This document shows, in pieces, positions 8,607 to 17,731 of a stretch of 35,920 nt of DNA. The notes beneath the pieces are model-generated. The model did no database searches and had not been told where the DNA came from. It worked only from the letters and a program-made list of their open reading frames with translations. Position numbers and translations under genes: made by a program. The first letter of the stretch is position 1. Every line of letters starts with the position of its first letter. Source of the stretch: a virus (taxonomy: Duplodnaviria > Heunggongvirae > Uroviricota > Caudoviricetes); the IMG/VR virus record IMGVR_UViG_2529293138_000008, positions 1-35,920 of that record. One strand, written 5' to 3'.

Positions 8607-8918
8607 ATGACGACACCAACCAGACGAATAAGTTTCTATCTGAAGCCCGCCGCCGTCAAGAACGAAGGCGAAGCATGCGCCTGGCTGGACAGCCTTACAC
8701 CAGAAGCCCGTAAAAACGGCCAACGCGTGGCTTTTCTGGCCGGGCTGGCGCTTCTGAAAATGAATCCGGCAGAGGCTTACCGACTGGCAGCATGGGCTGA
8801 CGATGAGGCGTTATCAGTGAGACAAACCAGGACAGAACGCCCCCTGTCACAGCCAGTACCAACCGCACAGATAACCAGTCAGATGGCCGGAAATATCAGG
8901 GCGTTATTTCCTGAATAA
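8607..8918 (+). CDS. ParR-like centromere-binding adaptor (putative)
   Basis: ORF track 8472..8918 trimmed to ATG 8607, which follows a ggag SD 4 bp after the parM stop. About 103 aa. ISFYLKP...LDSLTPEAR...AFLAGLALL...ALFPE parallels R1 ParR (IAFKLNP...DSIPQGERS...ALTAGLALY...SLFPKE, from memory). Confidence 0.5.
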   Translation: MTTPTRRISFYLKPAAVKNEGEACAWLDSLTPEARKNGQRVAFLAGLALLKMNPAEAYRLAAWADDEALSVRQTRTERPLSQPVPTAQITSQMAGNIRALFPE

Positions 8919-8981
8919 CACAACGTCAGGGCGAGTTCGCCCTGATCTCCATCTCAGAACATAAACAAGAAGAGCGACTTA

Positions 8982-9365
8982 ATGAGCAAAATCAACTATC
9001 AGGCATTACGTGAACGTTATTCACCTGCACCAGTACCAAAATGCCCTATTTGCGGCGAAGAAATGTCAATTCAGCGAATATCTGGATCACAGGTTGTTTA
9101 TGCCTGCTCCGGTTATGGTGATGATGGAGATTTCAAAATTGGTCGAACTCTTGCCGACGAACATTATGAAAAATCACGCGTAACAGTGTTGGATGTCGGG
9201 GATCCTGAAGTATTGGCGCTACTTGATTGGCTGGAAACCAAAGACAACCGAATCGCTGAACTGGAGAAAATCGCCACTGACTATGCACTTAAATTCCAGA
9301 AAGCACAGGACGCATTAAAGTACGCCGCTTTGCTGCATAGCAGGACAGCGCAGCTACAAGACTAA
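8982..9365 (+). CDS. Hypothetical protein with N-terminal zinc-ribbon-like motif (cargo)
   Basis: 127 aa; CPICG ... C...C near the N-terminus, C-terminal predicted helical. Occupies the P2 tin-like position. Confidence 0.5.
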   Translation: MSKINYQALRERYSPAPVPKCPICGEEMSIQRISGSQVVYACSGYGDDGDFKIGRTLADEHYEKSRVTVLDVGDPEVLALLDWLETKDNRIAELEKIATDYALKFQKAQDALKYAALLHSRTAQLQD

Positions 9366-9393
9366 CTTAAAGCGGAAGATTAATACATGGTGA

Positions 9394-9420
9394 GTCGGGA
9401 TAATTTGTTTTTATCCCGAC
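9394..9420. other. Hairpin between convergent cargo genes (possible terminator)
   Basis: gtcgggata-N9-tatcccgac stem-loop, read directly. No clean U-run on either strand, so terminator function is uncertain. Confidence 0.3.
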
Positions 9421-9455
9421 AAATAAACAAAAAAGTGGACTATCTCTGTAGTATC

Positions 9456-9986
9456 TTATTCAGCATCGTCTCGTGCAGTCTGTGCATACGTCACAACAAC
9501 GCCCAATGCATTAGTTTTCTTTTCAACATAGATAATATTGTCATATTCATAGTTACCATACGGATAGCAAATAAGAATATTTTTATGCAGATCGGGATCA
9601 TCAACAAACGCTCCGGAACAGCTTCTTGAACTACCGGATGTATACTCATACGGTGCAACATATGATGATGTTACTCCTGGTAAAAAATAAGTCACCATCA
9701 TAAGAGGGATAATCAGGAATATCCCTGTAAGAATGCAAGAGCCAGCATAAACCTTCAGGTATTCCGACAGTCCTTTCCAGCCACTTTGCTTCACTACCCC
9801 CCTCTTCACCAGAAACAAGGAGAAGAAAAAGGACATACCCATACTACACAAGATGTAATAATTGGATATACGCGAATTAAGATATGTAATCCTGTAGATA
9901 TCTGCCCTCCACCAGTAAAAGAGGAAAATAATCCCTAGCACTGAAACAGTCATGCAAATCAAATAAGGATATGAATCTTTCTTCAT
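9456..9986 (-). CDS. AT-rich integral membrane protein (about 3 TM helices plus C-terminal soluble domain), cargo
   Basis: 176 aa. Hydrophobic segments LICMTVSVLGIIFLFYWW, YILCSMGMSFFFSLFLV, AGSCILTGIFLIIPLMMVTYFL. Visibly lower GC than flanking phage core. Same position and orientation as P2 old (next to cos, minus strand). Confidence 0.55.
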   Translation of the reverse strand: MKKDSYPYLICMTVSVLGIIFLFYWWRADIYRITYLNSRISNYYILCSMGMSFFFSLFLVKRGVVKQSGWKGLSEYLKVYAGSCILTGIFLIIPLMMVTYFLPGVTSSYVAPYEYTSGSSRSCSGAFVDDPDLHKNILICYPYGNYEYDNIIYVEKKTNALGVVVTYAQTARDDAE

Positions 9987-10463
9987 GTCTTGCGCTCATT
10001 AAAATTTCCCTGCTACGAACAAATTTACCATCCGTTTTTTGCGCAGAAAACAGCACGATGCACACTGCACGATAGTGCACAAATTTGCACAATTTTTTTG
10101 AACGACTTTTTACCCTTCCGGCCCGCATGGCGGCTGGATCCGTCAAGGATCCGTGCGTGCACAAAAAAACGCGTTTTTCTGCGCGCAGGTGACGGGGGAA
10201 CAGCCCGCGTTTCAGGGGGTAAATAGCATTCCCTGAGCGATGTCGCAGCGACACAACAGAATGGCTGTATTTCTCACGCTGAGCGTGAAAAAGACGTAAG
10301 GGTTTTTGATTTGATGGGTTGAAAGGTAAGGCCGTCAAAATCGCACTGAGGCGGCGAGAACATACAGTCAACGCGGTGGGATTGCGTAAGAGCCTGACCG
10401 TCGATGGTGGCGATAAACTGGAAGGCGTCGTGAAATTATCTGACTGATACAGGAACTGGAGAG

Positions 10464-10488
10464 TCGGGGCATAAATTTTTTATGCCCC
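10464..10488. other. Hairpin just downstream of portal gene (possible terminator or cos-associated structure)
   Basis: cggggcataaa-ttt-tttatgccccg, read directly. Confidence 0.3.
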
Positions 10489-10515
10489 GGCGAAGCAGCA
10501 GGCAAGCGAAGCGCG

Positions 10516-11562
10516 TCAGGCTGTGGGCTGGGTGTCTAACAGTGCGTAAGGGTTAAAGCGGATCACCTCTTCGCCCAGCCAGTCATTGATGTGCTTCATG
10601 GCCTCCATGACGGGCATCAGCTCGTTAATTGCGTAAACCCGCGCGGCCTTCTCCACATCACCAAACGCACTTTTTTCACCCGGCATCGCCCCCATCAGTT
10701 GCGGCGGAACGCGGTGCGCAGCCAGCACATCATCACGGGATGCCGCCTTAACATTCATGAACTCATCCTTTGCGGTGATCTGCTGGAACGGCAAAATTTG
10801 CACCCCCTCTTTGCCCCCGTTGGGCGCATGAATGAGCACGTTTTTAAACGCACCACCACCACGTGCACCCTGTAGCGTTTCTTTCAGGGAGTCCATGCTT
10901 TCGCGGTTTACCTGCGCTGCACCGATGTAGATGATGCACCCGGCGTGGGATCCGTTGTCGTAATACAGTTTTCTGAACATGTCCGCCGAATGAGACAGGC
11001 TGGCCGAGAGTAATGCGCCGAGATATTCCGGCATGCCGTAGATTTCCTGGTTAATGTCAGGATTCATCAGGTGGCACACTTTGCCAGGGCGAAACTGAAA
11101 CGCGTCCTTACCATCCTGCACATACCACCATGATTCAAGATCGCTTCCGCGTCGCATGTATTTCGCCAGGGCGTGCCGTAATTTAAGCGGTTCGCCGAGC
11201 ATATTGCTTCGAAGCTCAAGGAATGCGTTACCGAACACAAACCAGTCCAGCGCCAGCGCCGAGAAATCCTGCCGGGAAAGCAGCGGGTGCGGAATATAGC
11301 AGCCGAGCAATACATTGCGCTTAAAGTAAAGCGCAGACTGATGCCAGGACGTTTGCCGGGCAGCTCTTGCCAGACCGTACCAGTCCACCGGGGTTTCATA
11401 CCATCGCCCGTTATCGGCACAGTACATATTGTCCAGTAAATCATGCCCGGTCAGGCGGTAAGGGCCGTCAAATGTGAATGCACTGAGCGATGATTCTTTC
11501 CTGAGCGCATCAGCGAGATCAATGCGTGAACTCATGCGCACTTTTTTATTTTTTCTGCTCAT
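10516..11562 (-). CDS. Q: Portal protein (P2 gpQ-like)
   Basis: 348 aa (P2 Q is about 344 aa). Divergent from the capsid operon and adjacent to the large terminase, as in P2. Confidence 0.9.
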   Translation of the reverse strand: MSRKNKKVRMSSRIDLADALRKESSLSAFTFDGPYRLTGHDLLDNMYCADNGRWYETPVDWYGLARAARQTSWHQSALYFKRNVLLGCYIPHPLLSRQDFSALALDWFVFGNAFLELRSNMLGEPLKLRHALAKYMRRGSDLESWWYVQDGKDAFQFRPGKVCHLMNPDINQEIYGMPEYLGALLSASLSHSADMFRKLYYDNGSHAGCIIYIGAAQVNRESMDSLKETLQGARGGGAFKNVLIHAPNGGKEGVQILPFQQITAKDEFMNVKAASRDDVLAAHRVPPQLMGAMPGEKSAFGDVEKAARVYAINELMPVMEAMKHINDWLGEEVIRFNPYALLDTQPTA

Positions 11563-13313
11563 CAGAACTCCATAACCGTGAAACGCTCGTTTTCTCCTTC
11601 GCCGCCAATCGGTTCGTTAATGACAGCAAGCATGGTTGCCCACGCAAGGTCGCCGTGGCTGATCCCCCTCGCGCGGTCCGTTTCGTAAGTGATAAAGCCG
11701 CCCGGTGTTTTCACCTTACGCACGGCGTTAAAGGCTGCGACCAGCTCCCGTTCGGCGCGATCGTATTCCCAGCGCCCGGCACGCATTATTTGCAGCATTT
11801 TCAGTACCAGCGACCGTTTTGATGACAGCGTGAAGGTGTACGGAATAGCAGCAGGGAAAAACCGTTTCACTATCTGATAAACAGCCTCCCCGTTCCCGCC
11901 CGTCACATCAATGCCGATGTGTTCCACGTTGTAGCGATACGTAAACTCTTCAATGACTCTGGCCTGTTCTTCAAACTCCAGCCCCTGAACGCGTCGCGTC
12001 TCCACCGTTCGAAAACGGCCACCAGGAACAGCCGGAGGAACCACCACGGACACTGCGCCGCTGTCGCCGTTTCCACTGCTGCCGTTTGCGTCATATCCAA
12101 TCCATACCGGACGATTCCCCATCGGGCGGGGAGCAAAAGGTTTCCAGTCTTTCCAGTCGTCGTATCCGTCAACACCGCAGCCAATCAGGATATTCAGGTT
12201 AAATGCCGATTCCCCTTCGCGGACAAACTCACACATATAGAGATTGAGGAACTCGTCTTCGGTGTTTTCATCACGAATTTCGTCGATATCGGTGTGTTTC
12301 CAGCCGTGATTAACCACATCTTCCAGCGTGACAATTTGCCGCCACGTCCTGTCAGGGCAGATAAGCCCGTTATGCAGCGTTTTCCAGTCAACAGAAAAAC
12401 GCTGGCGTTTATGCGCGGCCTTTTTCTCATTCCAGCGGTCGCCGTTCCAGTAGGCGTATGCCTCGTGCGTTTCGGTGGATGGCGTGGAGAAGTAGGTGCG
12501 CCGCAGTCCGCTGAGGGTTGCCATAGCGCCAGCCACCTTGCGCAGTTCAGCAAAGCGACTGACCCAGAAAAATTCATCAAAATAAAAATTGCCCGTATAG
12601 GACTGTGCCGACGCAGCAGAAGTGCCGAGAAAATGCAGCTCTGCGCCGTTGGAGAGGATGATTTTATCGCCCCCTTTCAGCTCCACATCAACTTCAGCCG
12701 CGGCCTTCTGAATAATGCTTTTAAACTGGAACGCCTGACGACGCGACGCAGACAAAAAAATCTGGTTACGCTGGTAAGGTTGCGCCACATCGTCACGCAG
12801 CGCCATCAGCAGAGCTTCCTGTGCAAAATACCAGGTCGCCCCAATCTGTCGGGATTTCAGGATCATCCTGTTACGTATCCCGACTTCCCTGCAAAGGGTC
12901 AGGGAGTCAAACCAGCCCCGCTGATGCCACTCCAGCCTGCTGATGATTTTTTCCCGCAGTGCGGCAATCTGTTCCGGCGTGAAATGATTTTTGAGTTTTT
13001 TCGCCCGGCCTTTCTTTCCTGCGGCCATCACATCCGGCTGGCCATCATGCAGCTTTTTAAGCTGCCGGGTCAGCAGGTCTATTTCCTTAAAGTCACCGCC
13101 TGTTTTATTCTGTTTTTCAGTAAGCTGGATAAGGCGCGCATCGATGGACTGCGTGACACGCTGCACGGGTGGCGTTTCATCCCACTGGTCGCGTTTTTTC
13201 CACGCATAAATCGTGTTCGGGTTTATTCCCATCAGACGTGATATTTCTGCGGGCGGATAACCCTGCCAGTAAAGTTGTCGCGCACGCTGGCGCACAAAAG
13301 CGTCCTGAATCAT
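11562..13313 (-). CDS. P: Terminase large (ATPase) subunit (P2 gpP-like)
   Basis: 583 aa; position and size match P2 gpP; stop overlaps the portal start. The 440-aa plus-strand ORF at 11919..13241 is a shadow ORF. Confidence 0.9.
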   Translation of the reverse strand: MIQDAFVRQRARQLYWQGYPPAEISRLMGINPNTIYAWKKRDQWDETPPVQRVTQSIDARLIQLTEKQNKTGGDFKEIDLLTRQLKKLHDGQPDVMAAGKKGRAKKLKNHFTPEQIAALREKIISRLEWHQRGWFDSLTLCREVGIRNRMILKSRQIGATWYFAQEALLMALRDDVAQPYQRNQIFLSASRRQAFQFKSIIQKAAAEVDVELKGGDKIILSNGAELHFLGTSAASAQSYTGNFYFDEFFWVSRFAELRKVAGAMATLSGLRRTYFSTPSTETHEAYAYWNGDRWNEKKAAHKRQRFSVDWKTLHNGLICPDRTWRQIVTLEDVVNHGWKHTDIDEIRDENTEDEFLNLYMCEFVREGESAFNLNILIGCGVDGYDDWKDWKPFAPRPMGNRPVWIGYDANGSSGNGDSGAVSVVVPPAVPGGRFRTVETRRVQGLEFEEQARVIEEFTYRYNVEHIGIDVTGGNGEAVYQIVKRFFPAAIPYTFTLSSKRSLVLKMLQIMRAGRWEYDRAERELVAAFNAVRKVKTPGGFITYETDRARGISHGDLAWATMLAVINEPIGGEGENERFTVMEF

Positions 13314-13467
13314 TGCTCCCCCTGAGTAATTACAGGAAGATTACCCGCGCGCGAAACCGTTCTCCTTAACCCCCTGTTCTGACTGTTTTCTTACAACAAA
13401 AGCCCTTTGTATCAGCCTGTTACGCTTTGCCATCATGACTGAAGAACCAGTCAGAGGGGCAAAAACT

Positions 13468-14304
13468 ATGGCTAATGAAAAAAAGACATCCCGCAAAAAG
13501 TTTCGCGTGGCTGTCTCCGGTGTAACGGCAGACGGGCGCGAAATCAACGGCGACATGCTGAAAGCTGCCGCCACCAGTTATAACCCGTCCGTTTATGGTG
13601 CACGTGTGAATATTGAGCACATCCTGTCACCACTCCCCGGTAGCGAGTTTTCCGCTATGGGCGATGTTGTGGGGTTGAGCACCGAAGACATAACCGATGG
13701 CCCGCTGGCAGGTCGCACGGCACTGTATGCCGAAATTGAGCCGACCGCTCGCATGATGTCCCTGCTTAACGATGGTAAAAAAATTTACTCCAGTATTGAG
13801 CTGGAGCCACAGTCAACCATCACGGGAGGCCCTTACCTGCGCGGGCTGGCAATGACCGACACCCCCGCCAGCCTGGGCACGGAACGTCTGGCCTTTGCGG
13901 CACAACAACGTATGCAACTGATGACATTCAACTGTCAGCAGGGAGACGTGGCGATGTTTACCGCCGCTATGGAGTCAGAACTTATCGAACTCACCGAACA
14001 ACGTCAGGAAGAAGGTACCCAGTGGTTTAACCGCGTTATGGGGATTATTGGCCGTGGCCGCAAAGCGGATGACGCCAGTTTTTCCCGTATTCAGGAAGCA
14101 GTGGAAGGCGTCGCAACGTCACAGGCCGACATTATCGACCGTTTTAATGCACTGGAAGCCCGCCATCAGCAGGACAGCCAGAAAATCACATCACTGACCA
14201 CAGAGCTGGCAGCACTGAAGGAAAAACTGCGCACGCAGGACGGCGATCCGCAGAACCGGTTCACCGCAACAGGCGCAGCCTCAGACCAGCTGGCTGACTT
14301 CTGA
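13468..14304 (+). CDS. O: Capsid scaffolding protein (P2 gpO-like)
   Basis: ORF track 13435..14304 trimmed to ATG 13468 after an agagggg SD. FRVAVSGVTADGREINGDMLK parallels the P2 gpO N-terminus (FFRIGVEGDTCDGRVISAQDI, from memory); acidic/coiled C-terminus. Confidence 0.85.
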   Translation: MANEKKTSRKKFRVAVSGVTADGREINGDMLKAAATSYNPSVYGARVNIEHILSPLPGSEFSAMGDVVGLSTEDITDGPLAGRTALYAEIEPTARMMSLLNDGKKIYSSIELEPQSTITGGPYLRGLAMTDTPASLGTERLAFAAQQRMQLMTFNCQQGDVAMFTAAMESELIELTEQRQEEGTQWFNRVMGIIGRGRKADDASFSRIQEAVEGVATSQADIIDRFNALEARHQQDSQKITSLTTELAALKEKLRTQDGDPQNRFTATGAASDQLADF

Positions 14305-14327
14305 TAAGACAAAGGAGCAAATTTTTT

Positions 14328-15377
14328 ATGAATCTGGTGATGTCAGATATTACCCGCAACAAGCTGGGTTGCTATATGGCGCAGCAGGCGTCGCTTAACA
14401 ATATCCCGGTATCTGCACTGGTATCGCGATTTACCGTGAAACCCGCGGTACAGCAGCGTTTTGAAAACGCCTCAAAGGAAAGTACCGAATTTACGAAAAG
14501 AATTAACGTGATCGGCGTGACCGACCAGAAAGGCGAAAAAATCCTCCTGGATACCACAGGACCGATTGCGCGCACGAATACCAGTTATGACGGAACAAAA
14601 CGCCGTAACCCGAATAACGTGGTTGATCTGAAAAACCGCAAATACCAGTGCGAACAGGTGAACTACGACACGTTTATTTCGTATCCGCAGCTTGATGCCT
14701 GGTCGGCACACCCTGATTTTCAGTCCCGCATCAGCGCACAGATTGCCCGGCAGGTGGCGCTTGACCGCATCATGATCGGTTTCAACGGCACGTCTCACGC
14801 GGATGAGTCCAACTTCAGCACCAACAAGCTGCTTCAGGACGTTAACGGCTGGCTGGAGCACATCAGAACCGACGCCAGCGAACGCGTTATGAATGACGTG
14901 ACGCTGACCTCCCGCAACATGGACAACACCGTGGCGCACGCGGGTAAGTATGCGAACGCTGATGCACTGGTACAGGACGCGCGTTCATCCCTGCTGGATG
15001 AATGGCACAAGGAAGCTGACGACCTCGTGGTGATTATGGGGCGCAACCTGTTTAACTCGCTGCGTCTGCCCGTGCTGAACAGCATCAGCGGCCAGAATCC
15101 CAATGCGGAATTACTCGCTGGGCAGCTCATCCTGTCATCGCGCACCATTGGCGGGCTGGGCGTGTTCCTTGCGCCGTTCTTCCCGGATTCAACGATGCTT
15201 ATCACCTCGTTCAACAACCTGTCGATTTACTGGCAGAAAGGTTCAATGCGTCGCCTGATGAAAGACGAACCGGAATACAACCGCATCGCCACCTACCAGT
15301 CCATCAATGACGCTTATGTCGTTGAAGACTATGGCAAGTGCGCGATGGTCACTGGCCTGAAGTTCGCCGACAGCTAA
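14328..15377 (+). CDS. N: Major capsid protein (P2 gpN-like)
   Basis: 349 aa. Motifs FTVKPAVQQ, TKRINVIGVTDQKGEKI, MIGFNGT, DLVVIMGRNL, NLSIYW align with recalled P2 gpN. Confidence 0.9.
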   Translation: MNLVMSDITRNKLGCYMAQQASLNNIPVSALVSRFTVKPAVQQRFENASKESTEFTKRINVIGVTDQKGEKILLDTTGPIARTNTSYDGTKRRNPNNVVDLKNRKYQCEQVNYDTFISYPQLDAWSAHPDFQSRISAQIARQVALDRIMIGFNGTSHADESNFSTNKLLQDVNGWLEHIRTDASERVMNDVTLTSRNMDNTVAHAGKYANADALVQDARSSLLDEWHKEADDLVVIMGRNLFNSLRLPVLNSISGQNPNAELLAGQLILSSRTIGGLGVFLAPFFPDSTMLITSFNNLSIYWQKGSMRRLMKDEPEYNRIATYQSINDAYVVEDYGKCAMVTGLKFADS

Positions 15378-15422
15378 TCAACTCACGGCGGGCATCATGC
15401 CCGCCTGCAACGGAGAGAAAAA

Positions 15423-16220
15423 ATGATTACTCCTGCACAGCAACACTGGCAGAACGTGATGGCACAGCGCGCGGGCCGGGCGAATGAAGGCGTGGACCAC
15501 GCTGCGCGTACCGCGCATGAAGAGGTGCTGTATCGTCTGCGTCTGGCACAGGCCCGGCTTAAGGGCGTACAGGCCAGAAGCGCGAAAGCCGCCATCAAAA
15601 AAGAGTTGTTGCCGGATTTTTCCGGCTGGATTGAGGGAACGCTGGAGGCTGACGGCGGGCAGCAGGATGAAGTGATTGCCACGCTGATGGTGTGGGCGAT
15701 TGACTGCGGCGATCTTCCGCTGGCGCTGCGTATTGGTGCGTATGTGGTCCGTCACAACCTCATCATGCCGGATAACTTTGGCCGTACTGCTGCCACGGTT
15801 CTGACCGAAGAAATCTGCAATCCGGTACTGACGCAGGCCGGGACGGATGCCGACGCGGATTTGTCCGCCTTTATCGAACCACTGGACACCCTCCGGGAGA
15901 TTGTCACCGACCAGGACATGCCGGACGAAGTGCGCGCCAAATTATGCAAGGCGTGCGCCTTTGCCCGTCGTGGTCTGACCGATGCAGACAACATGGCCTT
16001 ATCACTGAAGCTGCTGCGCGAAGCGATGCACCTGAACCCGAACGCAGGTGTGAAACGCGAGATTGCAACCCTTTCCCGCGCCCTGAAAAAAGCCGATTCC
16101 GCAGCCGCACCAGTTGCCAGCGCACAGCAGGCGCAGGACGAAAGCAGCAAAAGTAAAAAGACAACGCGGAAGCCTGCAACACGAAAAACCACCGCGACGC
16201 AGAAGGCGAAGCGCGGTTAA
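15423..16220 (+). CDS. M: Terminase small (endonuclease) subunit (P2 gpM-like)
   Basis: 265 aa. MITPAQQHW, KKELLPDF, MPDEVRAKL, NPNAGVKREI and a basic C-terminal tail parallel recalled P2 gpM. Confidence 0.85.
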   Translation: MITPAQQHWQNVMAQRAGRANEGVDHAARTAHEEVLYRLRLAQARLKGVQARSAKAAIKKELLPDFSGWIEGTLEADGGQQDEVIATLMVWAIDCGDLPLALRIGAYVVRHNLIMPDNFGRTAATVLTEEICNPVLTQAGTDADADLSAFIEPLDTLREIVTDQDMPDEVRAKLCKACAFARRGLTDADNMALSLKLLREAMHLNPNAGVKREIATLSRALKKADSAAAPVASAQQAQDESSKSKKTTRKPATRKTTATQKAKRG

Positions 16221-16321
16221 CGACTGACCCCGTCAGCGGGCGGCGTGCGCGGTGTTCCGGTTTGACTCCGTGGCCGTTTACACCACGCACCCACCGCCCG
16301 ATTTTTTCAGGAGTGAACCCC

Positions 16322-16816
16322 ATGAGTATGGTTGCCAGAACCGAAACCCGCCCCGCAGAGGATGACATCACTGATACCGATGATGGCGATACCCGTATTT
16401 CTGCGGGGGCATTCTGGCCGGATATTGTGCTGCGTGAGCTGCGTCTGGCGGTACGACTGCCGGGCCGCGTGACCACCTCCCGCCTGCTGCATACCGCCAC
16501 CGGGGCGGTGGCCCACGTTACCCGTGAGCTGGAAGCGTGGCAGCAGGAACAGCAGGCAGCCGGACATGAAACACTGGCCGATGTCCCGGCGCCATTAATT
16601 AACGGAGAAAGCGTCAATCTCTGGCACTGGCGCAATGCGGTTTATACCGCCACCCGTGCCCTGATTCTGGAGCGTTACCGCGATGCGGACACAACGGACA
16701 AGGGCGACCGCCGGGCGGACGCACTGGATATACAGACATCGGATTTGTGGCGCGATGTGAGCTGGGCCATCTCTGACATTCTGTGCCGCCCGCGAATCTT
16801 TGCGGAGTTGTGCTGA
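16322..16816 (+). CDS. L: Head completion/stabilisation protein (P2 gpL-like)
   Basis: ORF track 16262..16816 trimmed to ATG 16322 after a caggagtg SD. LADVPA..INGESV and ERYRDADTTDKGDRRADALD..DLWRDVSWAI match recalled gpL. Confidence 0.85.
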   Translation: MSMVARTETRPAEDDITDTDDGDTRISAGAFWPDIVLRELRLAVRLPGRVTTSRLLHTATGAVAHVTRELEAWQQEQQAAGHETLADVPAPLINGESVNLWHWRNAVYTATRALILERYRDADTTDKGDRRADALDIQTSDLWRDVSWAISDILCRPRIFAELC

Positions 16817-17016
16817 TGAAAGTGAAGGCACTGGAAGGCGACACCGTGGATTCGCTCTGTTTCCGGTACTACGGCACGACGCAGGGCGTCACCGAAAAGG
16901 TGCTGGATGCCAACCCCGGACTCTGTCAGCAGGTATTTCTGGACGCCGGGCAGGAAGTGGAGATGCCGGAGCCGGAGAAGAAGAAACGAGAAATGATTCA
17001 GTTGTGGGGGGAGTAG
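16816..17016 (+). CDS. X: Tail protein X-like (LysM-like small protein)
   Basis: MKVKALEGDTVDSLCFRYYG parallels P2 gpX (MKTFALQGDTLDAICVRYYG, from memory); ATG overlaps the gpL stop. Confidence 0.75.
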   Translation: MKVKALEGDTVDSLCFRYYGTTQGVTEKVLDANPGLCQQVFLDAGQEVEMPEPEKKKREMIQLWGE

Positions 17017-17018
17017 CA

Positions 17019-17342
17019 GTGAGCACCATTCAAACAGGGATCACAGAGCAGGTTATTGCGTGGCTCTTTGACCACCTGCCAACGGTGTATGCAGTAGGCG
17101 CGGCGGTCAGCATTTCCGCGCTGATGAGTCTTTATGACGGACGAACACTGGTTCAGACCGTAACGGGATCGCTGGCGTGCGGCGTTCTTGCCATGGCCGT
17201 GGCCGGGTCGTTGCGCTTCTTCGGTTTTCCTGAAGATGCCGTGACGTTTATCGGCGCATCAATCGGTTTTATGGGCGCAGAGAAAGCACGCGACAAGGTT
17301 ATTGCGGCCTTTAATCGCAGGGTGAAGGAGAAGGACGAATGA
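17019..17342 (+). CDS. Holin (putative)
   Basis: GTG start after a ggggag SD. Two or three hydrophobic helices and a charged C-terminus (KARDKVIAAFNRRVKEKDE). Sits immediately upstream of the endolysin. Confidence 0.6.
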   Translation: MSTIQTGITEQVIAWLFDHLPTVYAVGAAVSISALMSLYDGRTLVQTVTGSLACGVLAMAVAGSLRFFGFPEDAVTFIGASIGFMGAEKARDKVIAAFNRRVKEKDE

Positions 17343-17731
17343 GCAACACATTTAAATTCAGCAGCCGGAGCGAAAAGAATTTGCAGGGCGTAAACCCTGA
17401 TCTGGTGAAAGTGACCCGACGGGCACTGGAAATCTCGGAAGTGGATTTTGGTATCACCGAAGGATTGCGCAGCCGTTACCGCCAGAAGCAACTTGTGGCC
17501 ACGGGTAAGAGCCAGACCATGAACAGCCGCCACCTTACGGGGCATGCTGTGGATGTTGTGGCTTATGTCGGCAGCCAGGTGTCATGGGAATGGCCGCTGT
17601 ACGAAAAAATCGCAGCAGCATTCAGACAGGCCAGCCGGGAGCTGAATATTCCGGTGGAATGGGGCGGCGACTGGAAGACCCTGAAAGACGGGCCGCATTT
17701 TCAGTTACCACACGGAGCCTATCCGGTATGA
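17339..17731 (+). CDS. Endolysin, peptidase M15 family (L-alanyl-D-glutamate endopeptidase type)
   Basis: 130 aa with SRHLTGHAVDV zinc-binding signature typical of VanY/M15 peptidases. Follows the holin with ATGA overlap. Confidence 0.7.
   Translation: MSNTFKFSSRSEKNLQGVNPDLVKVTRRALEISEVDFGITEGLRSRYRQKQLVATGKSQTMNSRHLTGHAVDVVAYVGSQVSWEWPLYEKIAAAFRQASRELNIPVEWGGDWKTLKDGPHFQLPHGAYPV

Noticed and set aside
9387-9629. 80-aa plus-strand ORF in the AT-rich cargo region
   Set aside because: Overlaps the hairpin and the 3' end of the convergent membrane-protein gene; AT-rich random ORF with no SD.
10464-10488. Hairpin after the portal gene as a definite rho-independent terminator
   Set aside because: Stem is present but the loop-proximal pairs are A-U and there is no clean downstream U-run on either strand; kept only as a low-confidence structure that may belong to cos.
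11919-13241. 440-aa plus-strand ORF
   Set aside because: Lies entirely antisense to the large-terminase gene, has no SD and a low-complexity Arg/Pro-rich translation; a shadow ORF typical of GC-rich coding DNA.
15904-16635. 243-aa minus-strand ORF spanning the M-L junction
   Set aside because: Antisense to terminase small subunit and head completion genes; Ser/Arg/Ala-rich; no independent support.
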